Under the pieces are notes generated by a model. The model was not told the DNA's origin and ran no database searches. It was given only the letters and a program-made list of their open reading frames with translations. Shown in pieces: positions 54,596 through 64,000 of a DNA stretch of 64,000 nt (position 1 is its first letter; each line of letters starts with the position of its first letter). Source of the stretch: the human T2T-CHM13v2.0 reference genome, Homo sapiens; assembly GCF_009914755.1 (NCBI RefSeq), contig NC_060939.1; one strand, written 5' to 3'. Position numbers and translations under genes: made by a program.

Positions 54596-54719
54596 TTGGC
54601 TTGTAAGAGGGAACACCCATCAAAGCTGTGCTTCTTTTCAAGGGTCTCTCTCAGGCTCATCCCTTCAGTGGTTCCTCCTACCCTTGGGAGGGAATGAACC
54701 TCCTCCTATCTAGTCAAAT

Positions 54720-55500
54720 CTATTTCCCTGTACTCTCCACCATACCCTTCCACCCTGCTGGGACCAGGGATGTTCTTCATCAATTAAAACACACTTCCTT
54801 TTGCTTCCTTCCCAGCAAGGTCTAAATGTCCTTTGGCACCAGCTTACAACTCTCCTTCCTTTCTCAGCCACATTTCTTGGAAGAGTTGTTTATTTTCACT
54901 TTCTTCACTTCCTCCTCAACTCACTCTTTAACTCAGTGTGGTCTCCCCCTCTGCCCAAACCCCAACCCCAGAACTGCTCTGGTCAAGGTCACCCGTGGCC
55001 TTTGTGACACTGACGTGAGTCATTATCTCACTGATCGCTGTGCAGCATTTGAGAAGGTGACACTTCCTCCTTCTTGAGACATTCTCCTGGCTTGGCTCTC
55101 AAGGGGGGTGCCTTTGCAGGTCTTTTCCTGCTGTCCCTGGGGGCTCCTCTCGTGAGTGCTTTGGCAGGCTTCTCTTCCTGCACCCACCTCAACATGAGAG
55201 GGCCCCCAGGGTTCATTCCTGTTTTCTGTTCTTCTCACTCAGCATGCTCATGTCCTCTTCCTGGGGTATTACCTGACCCCCATCCATGCCTTCTGTTAGT
55301 TTCTTCGGTTGGAACACTCTCAGGTCTCTATCCAAGCCACCCACAGGCCTCACTCCTGAACTGCAGACCACTGGATCCAAATGTCTACTGAATACAGATC
55401 TACATCTCAAACTCAACATGAATAAAATTGAGCTCACCCCCTCCAGAGACCAGACGCTTCTCTCTCATATCTCATCTTTCACAGAACAGTTCCTCACTCT
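54720..55500 (+). mobile_element. L2 internal fragment
   Basis: gaactgctctggtcaaggtcacc, gcagcatttga, cttcttgagacattctcc, catctcaaactcaacatg. Confidence 0.75.
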
Positions 55501-55852
55501 TCCAGCTGCTGAGAGCACAATGGGAAGACACACAGAAAGGAGTAGTTGGAGAAGTGAGTGACGAGGTCAAAGTCCACTTAAGCCCCAGGGGAAACTGAGG
55601 CGCGGATGTTAGGGAGCAGCGGTCCACATGTGGCTGGAGTTCCGGAAAGGGATAAGGGCAGGAGATGTGATTTTGCTGATGCTCCAGCTGCTTCAGAGCA
55701 GACCTAAAGTCCTGGCTGGAAAACACAGCTCCTCTCCCACAAGCCCCTCGGCCAAATTGTACTTGAAGGCTCGGGCCCCCTCATCTAGGCTTGTGGGCTG
55801 CCAATGCAATGATCTACAAGGGCAGGAAATGAAGGAGAGGAGAAGGAAAGAA

Positions 55853-55896
55853 GGAAGGAAGGAAGGAAGGAAGGAAGGAAGGAAGGAAGGAAGGAA
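55853..55896 (+). repeat. (GGAA)11 microsatellite
   Basis: Read directly; degenerate GGAA/GGGA continuation at 56319-56370. Confidence 0.95.
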
Positions 55897-55897
55897 G

Positions 55898-56318
55898 GGT
55901 GAACTCTGAATATCTGAGACAAGTCTCAGTCAACTTAGGAAGTTTATTTTGCCAAAGTTAAGGACATGCACCCGTAACACAGCCTCAGGAGGTCCTGACA
56001 ACAGGTGCCCAAGGTGGTCTGTGCACAGCTTGGTTTTATACATTTTAGGGAGACATGAGACATCAATCAATATATGTAAGATGAAACATTGGTTTGGTCT
56101 GGAAAGGTGGGACGACTCAAAGTGGGGAGGGTGTTCCAGGTTGCAGGTGGATAAGAGACAAATTGGGGCTTTGAGTTTCTGATTAGCCTTTCCAAAGGAG
56201 GCAATCAGATGTGCATGCATAGGGATGACTTTGAATAGAATGGGAGGCAGGTTTGCCCTAAGCAGTTCCCAGCTGGACTTAGTGATTTTGGGGTCCCAAG
56301 ATTTATTTTACTTTCATG
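55898..56318 (-). mobile_element. MER4A-like ERV1 solo LTR
   Basis: tatctgagacaagtctcagtcaacttaggaagtttattttgccaaagttaaggac...ggggtcccaagatttattttactttca; 4-bp GAAG on both flanks. Confidence 0.88.
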
Positions 56319-56744
56319 GAAGGAAGGAAGGAAAGAGGGAGGGAGGCAGGGAGCGAGGGAGGGAGGAATGATCCTGCTTGGTTCAGTGAGGGGAAAGGAG
56401 TTGGCCAAGGGAGAACTGAAAGGTCGGAAGTGAAAGTGGCCATGGGGGAGTGGGGAGGGGGATGCACGGGATTAGAGGCTAAAACAAAGTGACCTTGATG
56501 TGTTGATGAGGTTTGGAGAGAAAAGATTGAGTTACCCTTCTCCCCAGTCCTCACTGAGAACAAGTGAATTTGCACTTCCTGCCTTAATCTGGGTGGGGTG
56601 GGGTGGGAGAATCACTAATGACAACAGCAAGATAAACAAAAAATAAATAAACAAAAACGACCTCTCACAGGTGTAGAGTGAAGAAAGGACATTTGTTGGG
56701 CAAAAAAGAGAAAGCAAACAATTGTCCTGCTTTGACTGACAGTC

Positions 56745-56935
56745 AGCAAACATTTATTGAGGGCACACTAGTTCTTAGCACTTTAGATACTTATCACATT
56801 TTATCTTCACAAACATCATGTGCAGTAAATGCTTTTATCCTCATTTTACAGATGAGGAAACTGAGACTCAGAGACATTCTTGTTGGTGCCCACACAGTAA
56901 GAGGTGGTGGTGTCTGATTCCGATGCCTATGCTCT
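56745..56935 (-). mobile_element. MIR SINE
   Basis: atcctcattttacagatgaggaaactgagactcagag. Confidence 0.9.
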
Positions 56936-56949
56936 TGTTGTCATTGGTT

Positions 56950-58530
56950 TGTTAAGTCTTTATTTTACCTTTTAAAAAAAACATAAAGTGATACAAGTAT
57001 GTACTTTAACAAGTCAACCAGTTCTACAAAGTTTGTGTAAAGAAAAACATTTATCAGACTCCCTCATAGAGGACCACTTGCAAGTTTTTTAATGAATTCA
57101 TTTAATGCTTACCTCCATATCCTTATATGTTTGTATTGCTATTTATTGATATTTCTATTTGAAGCATTGTTTATTGACTTTGTATTATGGAAGAATGAGT
57201 TTTAGCACTTTCTCCCTCTTTCTCTCTCACTCACTTGATACACACATGCACATGTCCTAATCTCCATCCTTCCAATACAGTCATATAATTAATTTTCTTA
57301 ATCAGTAGTCACTGGTGGCCAGGCACCGTAGCTCATGCCTGTAATCCCAGCACTTTGGGATTACAGCCAAAGTGGGTGGATCACTTAAGTCAAGGAGTTC
57401 GAGACCAGCCTGGGCAACATAGTGAGACTCTGTCTCTATTTGTTTTTAAGTAAAAAAAAAAATTATTAAAAAGAAAAAAAATCAGTCAGTGGTGACATTA
57501 TTATGACTAAGTAATTACCATTCCTCAGAGCTGATTGACATAGTAAATTAGGATTCCTTTCCCTTTCCCGCATACCTTTTGTTTTCTTCAGAGTTGACAA
57601 CTACTTTTGTTTTTCCTGGTGTTTGCATAGTTTTCTATTAACTTGTTAATTCAACATTCAAAATGGCTACCAGCTGTCTAACCAGAGTTAGACACATTAA
57701 TACACAGTATTCTATCAGTTTCATTTCCATGAACAAATGTTTCACAGAGCTTTCTGCTCTTCTCCAATCGGGACTAGCCACCATCTCTGCCTGGGTCATG
57801 ATTCTCATCCTGGGCTTTTCCACAGTCTTCATTTTGGGAACTCCCCTGGGATCTTTCTGTTTTGTATCTTTTCTTTTCTTTGTTCATCCCCTCGTTTTGT
57901 TTAGTGTCTATGTTCTTCAGGAGTTTTCCCGACAAAAGATGTGCAGGAGTGTGATTTTGAACCCTCGTGTCTCTTCCTTCCTGGGCCCGTTCCCCCCAGA
58001 AAAGAGGTTTCTAGTGTCTTTCCTAGAGGGTATAAAACCAGATGCAGCCTACTGGGAGATTATGAGAGAAGATGGCTAGGGGACCTCAGCATTAACTATG
58101 AAAACGTTCTCTTACTCGTCCTGTTTTCAGCTGAGCCTCATGCCCCTCATCTCCGAGCAGAGACTTCACTTTATCTCCAGGCTTTGGCCATGGTACGGAC
58201 TGGGTGGTTGCCTAGCAGTATGCAGTGGAGGCAGGGATCTGGGGTTCTAAAGCCTCTGAATGAATTGCTTTCACTTACAAATCCTTATTTTTGGCCCATC
58301 CCTTCACTCACTTCCAGAAGTACCTGACGCTGCCAGCTCCTGAGGCTTCTAAGGGTTCTGCTGTGTAAATCAAGTTGGTTCTCAGCTTTTCCCAATGCCA
58401 GCTCAAGAATCCTTATTTCTCCTGCTAAGTTTGTTACCACTTGTCTACCTGCTTTCCAGGTTCCAAAATTTTGTGATAAGACTCTTATCTCTTCTCTAGT
58501 TCTCTCCATCCTTATGGCTTTGTGCCTTCT
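56950..58530 (-). mobile_element. Old L1M-like fragments
   Basis: T-rich degenerate segments with L1ME-like motifs; subfamily uncertain. Confidence 0.5.
57317..57480 (+). mobile_element. FLAM / Alu monomer
   Basis: ggccaggcaccgtagctcatgcctgtaatcccagcactttggga...gagactctgtctct plus A-rich tail. Confidence 0.9.
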
Positions 58531-59019
58531 AGATGCTTGTCTTCCTTATCTGTCCTTACCTAGGAATTCAAAGCCCCTGTTCCCTCCTCAATCACAGGTA
58601 TTTCATGCTGAGAGTGGGCAGGCCCTATGTGCATGGGTCACTTCTCAGCCATAGAGCATCTCAGAGAGAAAGAAAATGAGCTTCTGGTGTGAAATCAACA
58701 CGTTTCCAACAACAGAGTCAGGACATCTGAGACAAAGACTGACTCAGCCACAACCTCCCTGGGCAACCTTGAGCAAGTCATTTTGCCTTTGTTGCTGGAT
58801 GTCAGTGTTCCCATCAGTGAAACAAAGCAAATGCCCCCTGCAACTTTCCATGAGAGTGATGAGAATCAAATGAGATGATGTGGAGATACAGCTCTCTGCA
58901 TAATTTCAGGTACCACACAGTTATCTGGATTAATATTACTGGTCTTGAATCCAGGAAGTGCCAAGTATGCACCTGTGCTAAGTCTTCAAGATTCAGAGAT
59001 GGGCAAGACCTCCCTTTTC

Positions 59020-59480
59020 CCTTTTCTTGGTGAAGTTCATGGCATAGCAAAGGAGGCAGATGAATAAACAGAGTGAAATAAGCAAGACCGGAAATTGCAT
59101 AGAGTGCACAGAAGAGAGAGACACCACTGCTGCCAGCTGGGGTAGGGGAGCAGAAGAGCTTCATAAGAATCGGACAGGAGTCCATCAGTCAGAGGAGGAG
59201 AAAAGTTTTCAAGACAGAGACTCGTATGAGCAAAAGAAAAGATATGTGCATCTGTCATGCTAGAGCAGAGTGCTGCAGCTTCATGGGTCTGGAGCTTGGC
59301 AGCCTAGGGACCACCTTGCACTTGCAAGTCAGAGATGGGGTGTGACATCGGTATGGCATGGCCAGATCTGCCTGTGGGTAGGTTGCCTCTGATGATGAGA
59401 TGAAGGGTGGTCTGGAGAAAGGCCAGTCGAATCTCACAGTTCTGTCAGGATGGTATTCCCATAGTCGGGGGGAAGTAATG
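59020..59480 (-). mobile_element. L2 fragment
   Basis: tttcaagacagagactcgtatgagcaaaag, ggccagatct, gatgaagggtggtctggagaaaggccag. Confidence 0.5.
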
Positions 59481-59869
59481 TGGTCCCAAATAAAGCAAGA
59501 ACAGGTAAGACAGAGAGAAGACTATGGGTCTCAAGAAGTGAGTAAGAGGTCAAAGCATCAGGACTTGGTAATTAACTGGCTGTTGGGGATAAGAATAGTT
59601 GGAGGATGTAGCTTGACTCTTGGGCATCAGCTCTGATGGTTGGCTGGCTGGCTGGCTGACTAGAGGGGCTGTTTCCCAAGCCAGGGAATACAGATGAAAG
59701 TAAAGGAAGGGCAAGGAGAAAAGAGAGGAGGTCAACGGCTTGAGTGCAGGCGTGTAGAAGACTGATAGGCCTACATGATACAACAGGAGATGACAACGGG
59801 GGAGGTGAAAGTATGAATCACGGGAGAGGCTAGAGGTAGCAGCCATTTTGGTGTCAGTCATTCAAGCAT

Positions 59870-60078
59870 AACTACTACCACTATCACGATCACTACCATC
59901 ACCATCATCATCACCATCGTCATCACCACCCCACCACCCTCATCATGACCACTACCACCACCATCACCCTTACCTCCACCACCATCTGCCATTAATACCA
60001 TCACCACCACCAACCCCACCCCACCACCGCTATTCCCACCACCTCCAGCACCACTGCTGCCACCACTACCACCATCCT
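59870..60078 (+). repeat. (CAC/CAT)n low-complexity tract
   Basis: Read directly. Confidence 0.9.
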
Positions 60079-60789
60079 AATAGAGATTATTTACATTCTC
60101 TCAACTTCACAGAAACTTGTCTCTCTTCCAGGTCAGAGAGAAACCACCTGGGCCCATGCCTGCCCCATGCTGGGTATTCAGAAACTATGAATATTACATC
60201 CAACTGATGATAGATACCAGTGTCAAAAACAGAGTCCCTGCCCTGCAGCCCAGCTCATCCAGCCTGCCCAAAGTTTCTCTTGAGTGGTTTGTGCACCGAC
60301 CCTCACCCAGGGCCTGTGTCTGCAGACTGCAGTCTGCCCTCTTCACTTCAGCCAAGTATGCTGAGCCAGGGCCTGCCCTTCTCACAGTGGCCAGGCTCTC
60401 ATGCTTCTCATCGCTGTGTGAATTGGTCAGTACTGAAGGTGCATATGCCCCCTTCTGCTATCTCTCCCCTGCCTGCTCTGAACTTCTATGCCCTCTAAAA
60501 GCCCACCTCCTACACCTTCCCTGCCAACCCTTCCCTGGTCTTCCAGACTCCCTGCTTCAGAATCAGCAACTCCTCTCCCTGTTCGTCTGAGCTGTCCTTC
60601 CACTATCAGCCTTACCAGGAACATGCTTCTTCCCTGAGGCTATGTCCTCTTACAGGGCCCTCCTATGAGAGGCCCCTTGGTGGTGGCATGTTTTTGTAGT
60701 GAGCCCTGAGTCCTCCTGAAGTTTCTCCAGATTCCTGCAACTGAACTCATCCCTTCCTCATCTTGCCATGGCAGCATGCTCTCACGCCT

Positions 60790-60975
60790 CCTTTGGAGTC
60801 AGGCTTCAACATGCACCAGCTGTGTGACCATGAGCAAGCCACTGGCTCCTCTGAGTCTCAACTCCTTTATCTGAAAAATGGGACTCTGTCACTGACATGA
60901 AATGACGTAGCATATATAGGTTGACTCGGAAATGGCCTTGCACATCCTAGGTGTGAGATACATTTTCATTATCTC
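60790..60975 (+). mobile_element. MIR SINE
   Basis: ccagctgtgtgaccatgagcaagcc...ctctgagtctcaactcctttatctgaaaaatggg. Confidence 0.8.
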
Positions 60976-61085
60976 TTTATTTCCCTAACTCACAGCCTAT
61001 CACCTACAGGTTTTGTAATTGTTGTTGTTATTTATGGTCTTGCCTATTCTATCCTTATTAGGCTTTAGTTAGTTAAGTGCAGAAT

Positions 61086-61925
61086 TGTAAACCAGAAAGT
61101 ATCTGAGACAGGTCTCAATCGAGAGGTTTATTTTGCCAAGGTTAAGGACCATGGCTCATGATACATTTTCAGGAGGTCCTGAGAACACGTCTTGGTTTTA
61201 TACATTTTAAGGAGACGGAAGAAGTTACAGGCAAAGAAATAAACCAATACATATAAGGTATATATTGATTGGCCCAGAAAGGTGGGATATCTCGAAGTAG
61301 GGTGAGTGTAGGCTTCCAGGTCATAGGCGGTTTCAAAGATTTCTTGATTGGCAATTGGCTGAGAGAGTTAGGCCTTGCCTGAAGAGTTGAATTCAGCATA
61401 AAGAGACCTTGAGTTTAGATAAGGCAGGATTGTGAAGCCAAGGTTCTTGTCATGTAGATGAAGCCTCCAGGATTCAGAGAGAAAAGATGGTGAATGTCTG
61501 TTATCAGGTGTCAGTCTCTCCTGAAAGAGCTAGTGAGGGAAGGAGATTTTCTACAGAATGCAAATTTCCCCAAGAGAGAGCTTTGCGGGGCCATTTCAAA
61601 ATATGCCAAAGAAATATATTTTGGGGTAAAATACTTTTATCTCCTTCAAGGCCTGCTATTTGTCATGGGACCAGAGTCAGGTTGGAATTTAGTATCTCAT
61701 TGCTATGAAGAGTCTGTTTTGTCAGCCTTCAGATTTCTGTTTTCATGTTAATGCTGGTCAGCTGAATCTAAACTCCAAAAAGAGGGGGCTACAATGAGGT
61801 ATGTCCAATCCCTGCTTCCTGTCATTCCCAAAATTAGTTTTTCAAGTTTCTTTGGGGTCTCCTTGGTGAAGAGGGGGGCTCCATTCCGTCATTTAGGGGA
61901 CTTAGAATTTTATTTTTGGTTTACA
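61086..61925 (-). mobile_element. MER4D/E-like ERV1 solo LTR (~840 bp)
   Basis: tgtaaaccagaaagtatctgagacaggtctcaat...gggacttagaattttatttttggtttaca (TG...CA termini). Confidence 0.85.
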
Positions 61926-62269
61926 GAGACTATATCAAATATGCTGTGAATCTCTCATTGCTCTTTATCCATAATAGGTGCTCAATGAATGTTGGTTAAA
62001 TGACTGAGTGAATTGATTTTGTGGCTGTCCAGCAGCTGCAAATGCTTGTTCATTTGGAAGTTAAGCTCAGAGAAATGAGAAGGTACATCCTACATCCTTC
62101 TGTGTCCTCTTCAACCAATTCACACTAATGGGGGTTATTTCACCCCATCCCCCTCCAATTGTATGGATACATCAGGGCTGGCTGATTAGAAAAGGTGACA
62201 GTTCCACTGGGCTCATAGATTAGCATCAGCTAATCAGAGGTGGCTTCCTGGAGAAGCTAAGATTCAACC

Positions 62270-62442
62270 TGCAGTTTTGCAACCCCACTGCACATAGAAT
62301 CACTTGGGAGCTTAAAAACCCCAATTTCCATAGGCCACACCCCAGGCCAATGAAATAAAGATATCTGGGGCTGGGGCAGAGACATCAGCAATTGTTACAG
62401 CTCCCAGGTGACGATTGGTAGCTGAGTTTGAAAACCTCTGGG
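62270..62442. mobile_element. MER5A hAT MITE
   Basis: gcacatagaatcacttgggagcttaaaaa...ggccacaccccagg...gctcccaggtgac...tttgaaaacctctg. Confidence 0.8.
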
Positions 62443-63344
62443 TTAGAGGCTGGTTTTGAAAGACAGGGGTGACCCATGGGAGGGGCAGAAGGGTATCTGC
62501 CCTGGGGGGAGTTCTGCCACTCTTCTTGCCTAGATGCCTGTGTTCTTTTTCTTTCTTTCTCTCTCTCTTTTTTTTTTTTAAACTCAATTCCAGCTCATTT
62601 TCCCTGCTGACAAGTGGGAACATCTCCTTCCAGAGCCTACATTAATAACGCCTTGTATCCCCAGGGACATTATGAGCCTCTCTCTGTTCAGAGCCCCCTT
62701 CCCTGCCCATCAAAGGCCATGGGCACCAGGAGGAGACAGGTGGGATTTACATGGTAACTCCAATTAAGACAAATGTCAGCTCCTTCTCTGCAGGCTGCCC
62801 ACACTCACCCGGTCATGTAGCTCCTGCTCAGCGTGGGAGTTCAAGAATGCTTTGCTGTAGTTGTCAGGCTCCCATGGAAGCAGTCAGAAGGAAGCAGAAG
62901 GAGATGGTGAGCAAGAGGGCAGGGCCGGCCCTGGCAACCCTGCTAGGAGGTGGCTCCCAAATCCCATATCTCCTTAGTATCATCCTATGGGGGCCACACT
63001 TAGAAGCTAACTTTAAGGGCTCCTGCAGGTCCCAGTCCCAGGGGCCGCAGGGCTTGCCGTTTGTTTCTCTGAGCCTGCTCAAGGGACCCCTACCAGCTGA
63101 AGGAGACCCTCAACCACAGTGAGGCCCCATGACCAGCGGCTTTGACTTCCCTCGGAGGACTGCCAGAAATGCAGAGCCTCAGGCCCGCCTAGCCCTCCTT
63201 AATGAGAACCTGCATGTGAACAAGATCTCCGGTAATGGAGACACATATTAACATTTGAGAAATGCTGGAAATGTGAAACTGGACCCAGGAAAGATGAACA
63301 GCTGCAGCATGCTGGGGATGGGAGCTCACCGTGGGGTCAGGAGC

Positions 63345-63907
<563 letters not shown>

Positions 63908-64000
63908 TCAGTATTTCACTGAAGAGCTCTCATTAACCCATTTGTAAATGGCAGCTCACGATGGTAATATAATCTACCCAACTTCACACAGGTAGTAGAG

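Noticed and set aside
59870-60078. (CAC)n as a poly-His/Thr/Pro coding exon
   Set aside because: No sustained ORF or splice context; a common low-complexity tract.
55898-61925. Two same-orientation MER4-type LTRs 4.8 kb apart as a provirus
   Set aside because: Different lengths and subfamilies; the interior is older MIR/L1/L2, not gag-pol.

Overview
This is primate (very probably human) nuclear non-coding DNA, not microbial. It contains about a dozen Alu elements (AluJ, AluS, FLAM), very dense MIR and L2 relics, old L1M fragments, MaLR/ERV1/ERVL LTRs, hAT DNA-transposon fossils and several microsatellites and minisatellites. I cannot support any intact protein-coding gene, tRNA, rRNA, snRNA or CRISPR array. 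The long ORFs in the track come from simple repeats, Alus or chance. The only recognisable protein-derived sequence is a dead, 5'-truncated class III (ERV-L, HERV16/ERV3-16A3-like) provirus at about 17020-19066, whose integrase core and dUTPase region is still readable and joined to an LTR16-type 3' LTR; there is also a faint L1 ORF2 remnant. Between the repeats lie about 10 repeat-free islands of 200-450 bp rich in TAAT/ATTA and other TF motifs, which look like conserved non-coding enhancers. This would fit a gene desert or large intron near a developmental regulator (inference; the locus cannot be named from sequence alone). The most unusual structures are a train of four short palindromes followed by a G4 overlapping a perfect kB palindrome (8508-8743), a dispersed ~200-bp duplication of an L2/MIR junction (14112-14309 and 16014-16214), and three tandem arrays with higher-order structure. 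I see no convincing novel biological system. Repeat subfamily names are from memory of consensus sequences, and boundaries of old repeats are approximate.
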